From Bacillus subtilis subsp. subtilis str. 168 (GTDB lineage Bacteria > Bacillota > Bacilli > Bacillales > Bacillaceae), in the NCBI RefSeq assembly GCF_000009045.1, contig NC_000964.3, forward strand, positions 2,356,001 through 2,420,000: a stretch of 64,000 bases of DNA, in the 5' to 3' direction. Below, in pieces: positions 34,189 to 44,983 of the stretch. The notes beneath the pieces were generated by a model. It saw nothing but the letters and a program-made list of their open reading frames with translations. It was not told the origin of the DNA and made no database searches. The translations under genes were made by a program, and so were the position numbers. Within the stretch, counting starts at the first letter, position 1; every line of letters starts with the position of its first letter.

Positions 34189-34205
34189 GTTTGATTCACA
34201 CCTTT

Positions 34206-35516
34206 TTATTTTCTAGCTCTTGCAAATATTTTGATTGGTGTCCCCTCAAAACCGAACGCGTCTCTGATTCGGTTTTCTAAAAACCGTTCGTATGAAAAAT
34301 GCATCAGTTCCGGATCGTTTACAAACACAACGAAGCTTGGCGGCTTTACCGACACTTGAGTCGCATAGTAAATTTTCAAACGAGAACCGTTATGAGTCGG
34401 TGTCGGATTCATTGCCACAGCGTCCATGATGACATCATTTAAGACGTTTGTTTGAACTCGAAGTGAATGATTTTCACTAGCTTTGATAATCGCAGGCATC
34501 AGAGTATGGATCCGTTTTTTCGTTAAGGCAGACATAAATAGGATTGGCGCATAATCCAGAAATTGAAAATGATCGCGAATATTTTCTTCAAATTCTTTCA
34601 TCGTGCTCTCATCTTTGTCAACAGCATCCCATTTGTTTACGACGATGACGACGGCCTTGCCCGCTTCGTGTGCATAACCGGCGATACGCTTGTCCTGTTC
34701 AATAATGCCTTCTTCGCCATCCAGCACAACCGCCACGACTTCTGAGCGGTCAATCGCTTTTAGCGCCCGCAGTACACTATACTTCTCAGTCGTTTCATAG
34801 ACTTTCCCTTTTTTTCGCATACCTGCAGTATCGACAATGACAAACTCCTGCTGGTTGTAAGTAAATGACGTATCAACAGCATCTCTTGTCGTTCCAGCCA
34901 CGTTGCTGACAATAACGCGTTCTTCGCCGAGCATCGCATTCACAAGTGAAGACTTTCCGACATTTGGACGTCCGATCAGACAGAATTGAATAACTTCTTC
35001 ATTGTATTTCGTTTCAGGAATGTTTTTAAAATGCTCTGCAACGGCATCCAGTAAATCACCCAGTCCGAGTCCGTGTGTTCCCGAAATTGGATACGGCTCG
35101 CCAAAGCCTAGCGAATAAAAATCATAAATATTCGCTCTCATTTCTGTGTTATCCAGTTTATTAACCGCTAAAACAACAGGCTTTTTTGTGCGGTACAAAA
35201 TTTTCGCCACTTCTTCATCAGCAGCTGTCACGCCTTCACGGCCGTTCACCATAAAAATAATCACGTCCGCTTCATCCATGGCGATTTCAGCTTGCTGGCG
35301 AATCTGCGCTAAAAACGGCTCATCACCGATATCAATACCGCCCGTATCAATCAAATTAAAATCATAATTCAGCCATTCAGCCGAGCTGTATATCCGATCC
35401 CTTGTCACGCCAGGGGTATCTTCTACTATTGAAATTCTTTCTCCCGCAATCCGGTTAAAGATTGTGGATTTTCCTACATTTGGTCTCCCGACAATGGCTA
35501 CGACAGGTTTACCCAT
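34206..35516 (-). CDS. der: Ribosome biogenesis double GTPase (EngA/YphC)
   Basis: Two GRPNVGKS G-domains; DTGG/DTAG; NKLD/NKWD. Confidence 0.98.
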
Positions 35517-35599
35517 AGTACCCTTCCTTTCAATCCAGCCGCTTTCATTTTTACATAAATTTTCAACCGGTTATTAAAATCATTTCATTCACTTTTATG

Positions 35600-35626
35600 A
35601 AAAGAAACCCTTCAGAGGAAGGGCTT
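35600..35626 (-). terminator. Terminator between ypzH and der
   Basis: AAGCCCTTC-CTCT-GAAGGGTTT-CTTTT. Confidence 0.75.
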
Positions 35627-35635
35627 AACTCATTT

Positions 35636-35663
35636 ATTATATCAGTTTTTACTGGGATCACAA
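35636..35663 (-). promoter_or_regulatory. Candidate sigma-A promoter for der-gpsA
   Basis: TTGTGA-N16-TATAAT with extended TG. Confidence 0.5.
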
Positions 35664-35669
35664 CTATTC

Positions 35670-35864
35670 TTAAAAATGTTTCACGATCAAATACACGTCA
35701 TCTCCGATTCTGTGAGCTATTCCATCAAGGATCGCCTCAAGATTTTTAGCGAAAAGCTCCATCTCCTTTTGGTCATTGCAAAAAAAGACAGGTGCTCCCC
35801 CTGCAACCCGATTTCGATTTGTCGTGATTACAGACAAAATCACTTTCGTAAGAGATTCACTCAT
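35670..35864 (-). CDS. ypzH: Small protein coupled to seaA (YIEGIA-associated)
   Basis: 64 aa; ATGA overlap with the seaA stop; VAGGAPVF motif. Confidence 0.82.
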   Translation of the reverse strand: MSESLTKVILSVITTNRNRVAGGAPVFFCNDQKEMELFAKNLEAILDGIAHRIGDDVYLIVKHF

Positions 35865-36754
35865 CCTATCACCTTATCCTGATTCTTGATAAATTCAGTC
35901 GGCATTCTAATCGCATTTTCCAGGGTTGGAACATTGCTAATAATTTGAACAGCCGTTTCGGGATGGTGAATTTGCGGGAGAACAAATACTGCCACTCTCC
36001 CATCATTTAAATCCCGTTTTGCAATTGGTGTCAAAGATGGCTCTCCTGAATCCCGATAAACCCCGAGCACATTGGAAACATCAAATAAAATGGCCTGACG
36101 CTGCCCTAAATTTGCTATCGTCGCTGCTGAATTAAAGTTTTTCGGCGTCAAAATAAAGCCCATGCCATGCTTTAAAATCAGTTCCTGTTTCTCTGGAAGC
36201 CCGATATTCATCATATAAATATTATCAACAAACAGTCCCGGACCGTCAAAGCGCGGCTTTATGTACTCGATATCTACAATATCCTTCAACACACTGCCCG
36301 ACATAAACTTCATGGCCAGTAAAAAACAAACGACAGCCGCTATGACTGCAGCCCAGATGGATAAAAACACATACGCAGAGGTTGTCAAAAGCGCTGTAAA
36401 GATCACAATATAATTTCTGCTTTCAAACGCAATGGCAATCCCCTCAATATATGTGCTTCCCCTTGAGACAAGTTCATACGAATCCATTTGCGTCAATGTG
36501 TTCCGCTCCATGTTTCGGACATCTCTAAATTGCGTCGCTGCCAATGTTAAAAATGTGATGGCCGTAAATTCCTCCTGCAAAAGCGCCGGCATAATAATTG
36601 CACCTAAACCAGCCGCTATCAACCCCAGTGCGATGTGAATCACTTTCCCATGAACATAGGTCGGATACTGGCGGTAATCCGTTTTCAGCATATAAAGCCT
36701 TGTCGCAATTCCGGCAATGACCCCAGCAATAATCGGATAGATGTAATCACTCAT
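35861..36754 (-). CDS. seaA: YIEGIA-family membrane protein (YphB)
   Basis: 297 aa, multi-TM; literal YIEGIA motif at 36434-36451. Confidence 0.85.
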   Translation of the reverse strand: MSDYIYPIIAGVIAGIATRLYMLKTDYRQYPTYVHGKVIHIALGLIAAGLGAIIMPALLQEEFTAITFLTLAATQFRDVRNMERNTLTQMDSYELVSRGSTYIEGIAIAFESRNYIVIFTALLTTSAYVFLSIWAAVIAAVVCFLLAMKFMSGSVLKDIVDIEYIKPRFDGPGLFVDNIYMMNIGLPEKQELILKHGMGFILTPKNFNSAATIANLGQRQAILFDVSNVLGVYRDSGEPSLTPIAKRDLNDGRVAVFVLPQIHHPETAVQIISNVPTLENAIRMPTEFIKNQDKVIG

Positions 36755-37350
36755 GACATTTTGGTAGCTCCTTTGTTTGATCTTTTGCTTTTCTGACCAA
36801 TCTGGCTTGCGAGGTGTTCGTATTTAGATATGCCAAACAGCAATATCATCCCCGCAGAACACGCATTCAGCCATTGAAAGCCGCCGACAGCCATAGCCCC
36901 GGCCAACTTCTGGATCACAAATGAATACACCAGTTCGCCTTGGCACATCCCTAGGACAAATAAGACAAGCTGCTTCTCAAAATTCCTTTCAACAGAAGCT
37001 GTTAAAAGCACTATTAATATAACAGCAGCCCACTCAGGTTTTATGATGAACCAAACCGGGTCATATAATGCAAAAAGATAAACAAACGCATACGCGGCAA
37101 CAAGCGTCAGATAGACCATGATGTAACGAAAACGATACATTCCCAAATACCCGGCATAGACACATCCGCAAACGAAAAACATCAAATATGCAGCATTCAG
37201 GGAAAAATATAAAGCGATGTCATGTATGCTTAGAATAATATTAGTTAAAATAAAGACAGAGACGGCAATTCGTCTTTTCGTCTTTTCAAAAATAAATGTT
37301 GTCAGAACCCACAGAAACCACATTGACCAATAGTAATAAAATTGTTCCAT
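36751..37350 (-). CDS. yphA: Integral membrane protein
   Basis: 199 aa, hydrophobic; ATGA overlap with seaA. Confidence 0.82.
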   Translation of the reverse strand: MEQFYYYWSMWFLWVLTTFIFEKTKRRIAVSVFILTNIILSIHDIALYFSLNAAYLMFFVCGCVYAGYLGMYRFRYIMVYLTLVAAYAFVYLFALYDPVWFIIKPEWAAVILIVLLTASVERNFEKQLVLFVLGMCQGELVYSFVIQKLAGAMAVGGFQWLNACSAGMILLFGISKYEHLASQIGQKSKRSNKGATKMS

Positions 37351-37427
37351 TTTACTTCCTCCATATTCCCAGTATGGAGTTCAAGCACATTTTTTAAACA
37401 ATCGATCTCACATTAAGGAGTATGATC

Positions 37428-37559
37428 ATGGGAAAAGACAGACAAGAGAAAAAACTCAAAGCTTCAGGCAGAGTCGAATCAGATCGCGACCAGTCCATTC
37501 ACTATGACGGAGCGACAAGCCTTGAACAAAACGGAAGATTCAAAAAGCGAAAATCATAA
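37428..37559 (+). CDS. ypzI: 43-aa small protein (MGKDRQEKKLKASGRVESDRDQSIHYDGATSLEQNGRFKKRKS)
   Basis: Found manually (below ORF-track cutoff); SD AAGGAG 7 nt upstream; followed by a terminator. Confidence 0.8.
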   Translation: MGKDRQEKKLKASGRVESDRDQSIHYDGATSLEQNGRFKKRKS

Positions 37560-37562
37560 TAC

Positions 37563-37595
37563 AAAAAGCCCAAACCACATATGGTTTTGGGCTTT
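37563..37595. terminator. Bidirectional terminator ypzI/fni
   Basis: AAAAGCCCAAA-CCA...TGG-TTTTGGGCTTTT. Confidence 0.85.
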
Positions 37596-37601
37596 TATCA
37601 T

Positions 37602-38663
<1,062 letters not shown>

Positions 38664-39812
38664 TTATTTTAGTTTATTCAGCTTATCTCCGATCAGATCT
38701 CCAAGCTGGAAGCCAGTGCTTGTTTCTTCCTTCGCTTGATATTGACGGTAATCTTCCTGGTCAGCTTTAGGCGTTTCTTCAAGTTCACGCATGCTTAATG
38801 AAATGCGCTCCTCATTTTCATTCACATCAAGAACCTTCACTTTTACAGTCTGTCCTTCTTCAAGGACTTCATGCGGCGTGCCGATGTGTTTATTGGAAAT
38901 TTGAGAAATATGAACGAGACCTTCAACACCTGGAAGGATTTCAACAAAGGCACCGAAGCTTACAAGACGCTGTACAGTTCCTTCAAGCACATCGCCAGGC
39001 TTCACTTTTTCGCCGATTTGGTTCCAAGGTCCAGGCAGTGTATCTTTGATCGATAAAGAAATACGTTCATTATCACGGTCAACCGATAACACTTTCACTT
39101 TTACTTCTTGTCCCTCTTCAACAACGTCAGACGGCTTCTCTACATGAGAGTGGGAAAGCTGTGAAATGTGTACAAGTCCGTCGATGCCGCCAATATCAAC
39201 AAACGCGCCAAAGTCAGTCAGGCGCTGTACTTTGCCATCAAGTACACTTCCAACTTCAAGAGACTGAAGAAGTTCTTGTTTTTTATTCGCTTGTTCACTT
39301 TCAACAACAGCACGGTGTGAAAGGATCACGCGGTTTTTATCACGGTCAAGCTCTACAACGAGCAGTGACAGTGTTTTTCCTTTATAGTCAGTGAAGTCTT
39401 CAACGAAATGTGCTTCAACAAGTGATGCCGGAATAAAACCGCGAACGCCGATATCAACGACAAGGCCGCCTTTCACGACATCTTTCACTTCAGCTTCAAA
39501 CACTTCTTTTGTTTCAAATTTTTTCTCAAGGTCTTCCCAAGCGCGGTCTGCATCAACAGCACGTTTAGATAAAATCAAAGCATCGTCTTCCACTTTTGTT
39601 ACTTTCAGGTCAAGCTCGTCGTCTACTTTAACAACATCCGATGCTTTCTCTACATGAAGACTTGATAATTCACTGATTGGAATAATACCGGATTGTTTGA
39701 CATTGATAATTTCTACATCTACATGTTTGTCTTCTACCTTTGTCACAATCCCTTTAACTACATCTCCAACCTCTGGCACTTGAACATCAATTTGATTCAT
39801 TTCCTCTGTCAT
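38664..39812 (-). CDS. ypfD: Four-domain ribosomal protein S1 homologue (RpfA)
   Basis: Repeated S1 domains (FGAFV..., GLVHISQ). Confidence 0.95.
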   Translation of the reverse strand: MTEEMNQIDVQVPEVGDVVKGIVTKVEDKHVDVEIINVKQSGIIPISELSSLHVEKASDVVKVDDELDLKVTKVEDDALILSKRAVDADRAWEDLEKKFETKEVFEAEVKDVVKGGLVVDIGVRGFIPASLVEAHFVEDFTDYKGKTLSLLVVELDRDKNRVILSHRAVVESEQANKKQELLQSLEVGSVLDGKVQRLTDFGAFVDIGGIDGLVHISQLSHSHVEKPSDVVEEGQEVKVKVLSVDRDNERISLSIKDTLPGPWNQIGEKVKPGDVLEGTVQRLVSFGAFVEILPGVEGLVHISQISNKHIGTPHEVLEEGQTVKVKVLDVNENEERISLSMRELEETPKADQEDYRQYQAKEETSTGFQLGDLIGDKLNKLK

Positions 39813-40044
39813 TTGAATAACCTCCTTGGTCCAAACCTACACAGCTTAATTAAAACGGTTTGAAAGCTGAACATATAACATGCCCGCTTTTAGCCGAATA
39901 TGTATTAAAGAATCATCCAAAAAAGTTTTTTGAATGATCAATAAAAAGTTTTATTAGTATTAACTTCTAATAAAAGGACAGGTTTGTCAAGCAATAACAT
40001 TCTATCTTCGTTGAAAAATTCAAAAAAAGTGGCATTTGCCATCC

Positions 40045-40719
40045 TCAGCGGGACTTTTGCTCCACAGCCTCGAGGATTTTATCAGCTACCTCTTGAATGG
40101 AAAGCGATGTCGTGTCGATTTCAAGAGCGTCTTCTGCTTTACGCAGCGGAGATACTTCGCGCTCTGAATCAAGCTTGTCTCTTCTTGCAATTTCCTCAAT
40201 TAATGTTTCGTAGTTGACATCAAAGCCTTTTTTCACATTTTCTTCATAACGGCGTTTCGCTCTCTCTTCCACAGATGCCAAAAGAAAGATTTTTACTTCT
40301 GCATTTGGCAGCACATGCGTCCCGATGTCACGACCATCCATGACGACGCCGCCTTTTTCCCCAAGCTGCTGCTGGCGTTTCACCATTTCTTCTCTGACAC
40401 TTCTGTGCTTGGCCGCAATTGAAACTTGGTTGCTGATTTCATCTGTTCTGATCGCCTCAGTTACATCGGTGCCGTTTACAAACACTTTTTGTCCATCTTT
40501 TGTTGTAATCAGCTCAATGTCTGTCCGCTTTAGCAGCTCAGCCAGTTTTTCTTCATCTGTCAGATCAACGTTTTCCTGTAAAGCCGCGTACGTAATCGCC
40601 CGATACATCGCTCCTGTATCAATATATATGTACGATTTTTTCTCAGCCACAATTTTGGCAACGGTGCTTTTCCCCGCAGCTGCCGGGCCGTCGATTGCAA
40701 TCGATAATTTCTTTTCCAT
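40045..40719 (-). CDS. cmk: Cytidylate kinase
   Basis: [25 protein letters not shown]; 224 aa. Confidence 0.98.
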   Translation of the reverse strand: MEKKLSIAIDGPAAAGKSTVAKIVAEKKSYIYIDTGAMYRAITYAALQENVDLTDEEKLAELLKRTDIELITTKDGQKVFVNGTDVTEAIRTDEISNQVSIAAKHRSVREEMVKRQQQLGEKGGVVMDGRDIGTHVLPNAEVKIFLLASVEERAKRRYEENVKKGFDVNYETLIEEIARRDKLDSEREVSPLRKAEDALEIDTTSLSIQEVADKILEAVEQKSR

Positions 40720-40797
40720 AATTCCTCTCCTTGCTCTTTTCTCCTCTAAGGATTGTATCACGAACTTTATGAAAAAGGGTGAAAAATTGATGAATAA

Positions 40798-40974
40798 TTA
40801 ATGTTTGAAGGTTTCAATCCTATTGTTTTCCTCCATTTTATCCACCCCTTCATATTGAATCACTTTTGATACGTATGGTTCAATATGCTGATAGTGAAAA
40901 AGAAATTGGACACCAAGTAAAATGATGGCCTGAATGAACAATAATTTGATCAGCAGCCGTTCAAATGTTTTCAT
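40798..40974 (-). CDS. ypfB: 58-aa single-TM protein (MKTFERLLIKLLFIQAIILLGVQFLFHYQ...)
   Basis: Found manually; SD GGAGGTG; hydrophobic N-terminus. Confidence 0.8.
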   Translation of the reverse strand: MKTFERLLIKLLFIQAIILLGVQFLFHYQHIEPYVSKVIQYEGVDKMEENNRIETFKH

Positions 40975-40994
40975 TGGAGCACCTCCATTACAAA

Positions 40995-41024
40995 TAGTAT
41001 GGAAGTGTTTGCCGATGTTTATTC
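40995..41024 (-). promoter_or_regulatory. Forespore (sigma-G-type) promoter of ypfB
   Basis: GAATA-N18-CATACTA. Confidence 0.65.
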
Positions 41025-41672
41025 CATTCGGGCCTTTCTTCTCTTATTTAACTGGCGCCTGATGCAGTATTGAAGCAAAGCCTGCTGGTCACCTGCTGCA
41101 ATTTCTGAATACTCTAAAGTCATTTTTCGTTTTTCTGACTTGGGGTCATTAAAGATTCGTCTGACAACTGCTTCTGTTTCTATTTGACGTGTGTGCTCCT
41201 CTTCAGGAAGACGGATGATCAGGCGCAATGATTCCCCCGATTGAAAAGAAAGGCCATCAGCTAAAACCACGGCGATGCCGCCTGCACTGATGTTATAGGA
41301 TAGTGTGCGGATCTCTTCTTCATTTCCCGGCTGAATTTGCACATCTAATACCGCATCAGTTCTTACATATTGGCGGCGCTGGATTCTTTTCATTTTTTCA
41401 CGGGGAGGCATTTCAAGACAGATCATTTGAAGTTTGTCCTTCACTTTACCTTTTATACGGCTTATAAAGCGATAAGGAACTTCGTCTTTTCCCACAAACT
41501 CTACCGTTACTTCCATATCGTTATGTAAAATCACAGTTCGCCCTGTAACTACATCAACAGGATACGCGATCAAAAGTTCATTGTTTTCGATGCTGACCGC
41601 CTTGCTTTTTGCCTTTTTCAATTCATTTTCTTCTATATATTCTAAAAGTACATTTTCTCCAATCTCTATCAT
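41019..41672 (-). CDS. motI: PilZ-domain c-di-GMP effector, flagellar clutch (YpfA/DgrA)
   Basis: QRRQYVR and NISAGG PilZ motifs; 217 aa. Confidence 0.93.
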   Translation of the reverse strand: MIEIGENVLLEYIEENELKKAKSKAVSIENNELLIAYPVDVVTGRTVILHNDMEVTVEFVGKDEVPYRFISRIKGKVKDKLQMICLEMPPREKMKRIQRRQYVRTDAVLDVQIQPGNEEEIRTLSYNISAGGIAVVLADGLSFQSGESLRLIIRLPEEEHTRQIETEAVVRRIFNDPKSEKRKMTLEYSEIAAGDQQALLQYCIRRQLNKRRKARME

Positions 41673-41726
41673 TGACTTCACTCTTTCGCATTCAATATAC
41701 TCACGTTTTTATTAAAGCACGTAATG

Positions 41727-41756
41727 AAAAAAAGGAAAAGACATTTAGTCCTTTCC
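41727..41756 (-). terminator. sleB-ypeB terminator
   Basis: GGAAAGGAC-TAAAT-GTCTTTTCC-TTTTTTT. Confidence 0.8.
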
Positions 41757-41764
41757 TCCTGTTT

Positions 41765-43117
41765 TTATAGGTCTTTATATATAGGTTCTGCATTTTTTAG
41801 TTTTTCAACCTTTTCTTCCGATCCGTCTTTGGCATTGATATACATTCTGAATGTGTCATTTTCAATTGTCCCAAGCATTTCGTAGCATAACACTTCTTGA
41901 CCTAGTTCATTTGTAATCAAAGCGAGCCTTGTTTCTCTCACTTGTACATTTTTATTTAATTTAGACTTTGCCTCTGCTTCAGTAATTGCAGGCTTAGGTA
42001 TGGTTCTTTTTCTGTGAGATGTGAGGAAGTCTCTTGCTGAAAAGCCGACAACCTCACCGTCATCCAAGGCCACTTTCATACGAATTGCCTCGGGGTACAT
42101 CCGGACTTTATTTTCAACAGGAACATATGAAAATACACCGATTTTATCATATTGGGCACTTTCATCAATTTCCAAATCATCTGTTTCAAATCCGTTTTTC
42201 TTTAAAAATGCAAGCGCTCGGTTCGATCCGTCATTTAAACTGATTTTCTGATCTTTCACTTCTCTGTTTTGGATCAAGTATACCGGATGCCCGCCCTTCT
42301 TCGTAATATCCATATAAATCACTGCTTTATGGTCTGGGTCTTTCATGCTGATGCTATATACATCGCGATTTGTTTTTTTTCCGCTCTTTACCACTTTAAT
42401 TGAATAATTGTCATCTGGGGCAAAGCGCTCAGCAATTTGTTTTGCTTCCTGTTCGGAAATTTGTTTTCCCTTCAGATGGCTGAAGCCTTTCTCTTCTTTT
42501 TTCGTACTGGTGAAACTCGGGCCAAGATCAGTGCCAGTGGAGAATGCACCAACATTTTTTTCGACTGTTTTAAAGCTGTTGATAATCGTATTATCACTTT
42601 GTTTTTCGTCAGAAGCCAGAGCCATTTCTACGTCCATCCAGCGAAGGTTTTTGCTCATGACAAGGTGCTGAACATGACGCAATTCATTTTGTATATCTTC
42701 GGACTGCTGATATAGCTTATTTAGTGATGTATACTCGTTTTTATCAAGCGGCTTTTGGTCCAAATCTCTGACTGACGTTTTATAGCTGAAATCGCCGATC
42801 TTTGATAATAGCTCTTCAGTTTTATTAAACGGCATTAATGTAAGCGGCAGCTGACTGACGCTGTTATGAGCTTCTGATGTAATCCTCCACACATCGATCA
42901 ATGCAGGCGACAGTGATTTTTGGCTGTTCATGGCAAGTGTTGTTCCGATTTTATCATGAAGCTGATCCACCTGATAGGTAAGCTCATGAAACGCCCGCTG
43001 ATAGTTATTTTCAGCATGAAGAAGAACTGCGTCTTTTTCCTGGTGTTCTTTGTATCCCCAGTAGCCTGTACCGACTATTGCAATACCAAGCACGGCGATT
43101 AAAATTCCTCTGATCAT
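41765..43117 (-). CDS. ypeB: Germination protein YpeB (PepSY domains, SleB partner)
   Basis: 450 aa with N-terminal TM; downstream of sleB. Confidence 0.93.
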   Translation of the reverse strand: MIRGILIAVLGIAIVGTGYWGYKEHQEKDAVLLHAENNYQRAFHELTYQVDQLHDKIGTTLAMNSQKSLSPALIDVWRITSEAHNSVSQLPLTLMPFNKTEELLSKIGDFSYKTSVRDLDQKPLDKNEYTSLNKLYQQSEDIQNELRHVQHLVMSKNLRWMDVEMALASDEKQSDNTIINSFKTVEKNVGAFSTGTDLGPSFTSTKKEEKGFSHLKGKQISEQEAKQIAERFAPDDNYSIKVVKSGKKTNRDVYSISMKDPDHKAVIYMDITKKGGHPVYLIQNREVKDQKISLNDGSNRALAFLKKNGFETDDLEIDESAQYDKIGVFSYVPVENKVRMYPEAIRMKVALDDGEVVGFSARDFLTSHRKRTIPKPAITEAEAKSKLNKNVQVRETRLALITNELGQEVLCYEMLGTIENDTFRMYINAKDGSEEKVEKLKNAEPIYKDL

Positions 43118-43151
43118 TTATCACACCTCTTTTTATGCTTTCTCATATCTG

Positions 43152-44069
43152 CTACTCACAGAAAATGTGTTTACCGATTCTTTTAATCTGCGGACGCCCC
43201 CAAATCCACGGACTTGTAGCCGTATCCGGATTAAAGTAGTAAAGTGCTTCCTCTGATGGGTCCCAGCCATTGATGGCATCCAGCACTGCTTCTCGTGCCG
43301 TTTCATTCGGCTGCATGTAAATTTGTCCGTCGGCTACTGCTGTGAAGGCAAGCGGCTCAAAAATAACCCCCGCTACTGAATTTGGAAATAACGGGCTGTT
43401 CAAACGGTTTAAAATGACTGCTGCAATAGCAACCTGCCCCTCGTACGGCTCGCCCCGGGCTTCGCCATAAACCGCTTGAGCAAGCAGCCTGATATCGTTG
43501 TTGGAAAATCCACCAGGCATGTTCGCTGCTACCGCATCCTGTTTTCTTGCTTTTGCTGGTGTATTGTTTTGCTGTTTATTCGCATTCGCTTTAGGCTTCT
43601 GCGTTGTTTTTTCCGCAGGCTGTTTCTGCCGTGCTTCTGCTTGTTGTCTTGCCTTTTGTGTTGCTGCTTTTGATGGTTTCGTCTGATACTTTAGCGGAAT
43701 TTTTCCGTAATGCGTGAATGTATTCCCTTTATTGAGCTGTTCCATGACATATTCACGATAGTATTTTGATTTACATATTAAGGTTTGCTTTGTTTTAGCT
43801 CCTACAAGGCCGTCAACCTCTTTTAACCCGAATTGATCCTGAAAATTTCGAACTGCCCAGTACGTCCCCCATCCATAAACCCCGTCAATTTTTCCGTTAT
43901 AATATCCGTTGTATTGAAGACGCGCCTGAAGCTCGACCACATCATCCCCTGTTGCCCCTCTTTGAATGACCTGATTCGAAAAGGCAGAGATCGTTTCAGT
44001 ATTAATAAACGTCGTTATTGTAAAGGAAAAAAGGATGAGACATGCCATAATCGATCCTTTGGACTTCAT
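43152..44069 (-). CDS. sleB: Spore cortex-lytic enzyme (lytic transglycosylase)
   Basis: PG-binding domain (DVVELQARL...DGVYG), Q/K/A-rich linker, Hydrolase_2 domain VYGEARGE. Confidence 0.97.
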   Translation of the reverse strand: MKSKGSIMACLILFSFTITTFINTETISAFSNQVIQRGATGDDVVELQARLQYNGYYNGKIDGVYGWGTYWAVRNFQDQFGLKEVDGLVGAKTKQTLICKSKYYREYVMEQLNKGNTFTHYGKIPLKYQTKPSKAATQKARQQAEARQKQPAEKTTQKPKANANKQQNNTPAKARKQDAVAANMPGGFSNNDIRLLAQAVYGEARGEPYEGQVAIAAVILNRLNSPLFPNSVAGVIFEPLAFTAVADGQIYMQPNETAREAVLDAINGWDPSEEALYYFNPDTATSPWIWGRPQIKRIGKHIFCE

Positions 44070-44108
44070 CTTTTCAAGCCTCCTACTGCAAATTTTTAAG
44101 TGTAATCG

Positions 44109-44137
44109 TATTTTCTGTAACGAGGTTATTTTTATAC
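44109..44137 (-). promoter_or_regulatory. Sigma-G-type promoter of sleB
   Basis: GTATA-N17-GAAAATA. Confidence 0.45.
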
Positions 44138-44178
44138 ACTCTTTCCTTGTTATCCCTCAGAACATAAAAACTGCACAC

Positions 44179-44207
44179 AAAAAAGCCGCACGGTTGCTGT
44201 GCGGCTT
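44179..44207 (-). terminator. prsW terminator
   Basis: AAGCCGCAC...GTGCGGCTT-TTTT. Confidence 0.85.
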
Positions 44208-44864
44208 CTATACTTGCATCATATTAACGGAACGGGCTTTTTTCGCTTTACGCAAACCAAACCACCATAAAAATACCATAAATGGAAGCATATAATAAAT
44301 CCAATTGCTAAGCGCTGTTAGGATAAAATCATATGATCCATGCAAAAGGGATGGGACAACTAAAGAAAGAGTAAGCCACTTTACACGCGCCTTATCAGCG
44401 GAAAAACGGGCTTTTCCAAGGTAAAATCCCATTATAACGCCAATCAAGGCATGGCATGAAACAGGCAGCAGCGCCCTGACAAACGCATGCTCCACGCCGT
44501 GGCCAATTAAATAAAGAATATTTTCGAGGGTTGCAAAACCGAGTGATACACTTGCACCGTACACAATCCCGTCATAATGCTCATCAAAGTGGGCGTGCGG
44601 GTAAACACTGATCATCAGTATAAACCATTTTAATGATTCCTCCAAAAACCCCGAAGATAAAAAAGAAACGAAAAAGCTTCCGCCTCCTACATTCTCTTTT
44701 TCAAGTACATACTGGATAAACATGATGGGAAATACAAGAACAACCCCGAGAAAAAACGACCGTAGCACCATATGTACAGGTTCATTATCATACTGATCTT
44801 TTAAATAAAAATAACTTAATAACGCGATGCCGGGGGCAATTCCTGCAGAGATGATTGCAAACAT
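44208..44864 (-). CDS. prsW: Site-1 protease for anti-sigma RsiW
   Basis: FLEESLK, GFATLEN, CHA..., LHGSYD glutamic-type intramembrane protease motifs. Confidence 0.95.
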   Translation of the reverse strand: MFAIISAGIAPGIALLSYFYLKDQYDNEPVHMVLRSFFLGVVLVFPIMFIQYVLEKENVGGGSFFVSFLSSGFLEESLKWFILMISVYPHAHFDEHYDGIVYGASVSLGFATLENILYLIGHGVEHAFVRALLPVSCHALIGVIMGFYLGKARFSADKARVKWLTLSLVVPSLLHGSYDFILTALSNWIYYMLPFMVFLWWFGLRKAKKARSVNMMQV

Positions 44865-44946
44865 CAGGCAACCTCTTTCCTTTATATTCCTACATCTATC
44901 CTACCATGTTGTTTAAAATTTTACATCTGTCTGCACTTAAAAAAAC

Positions 44947-44976
44947 AAAAAGAGCATACGAATGCATCATATGCTC
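44947..44976 (-). terminator. ypdA terminator
   Basis: GAGCATA...TATGCTC-TTTTT. Confidence 0.75.
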
Positions 44977-44983
44977 CTCATCT

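Noticed and set aside
39985-39990. Perfect TTGACA upstream of ypfD
   Set aside because: No acceptable -10 at 16-18 bp spacing.
40325-40801. 158-aa plus-strand ORF
   Set aside because: Antisense shadow of cmk with the Ser/Phe-rich composition typical of a reverse frame.
43490-43690. Low-complexity stretches in sleB (and in ypbE at about 49800-50000)
   Set aside because: Ordinary Q/K/A/E-rich interdomain linkers.
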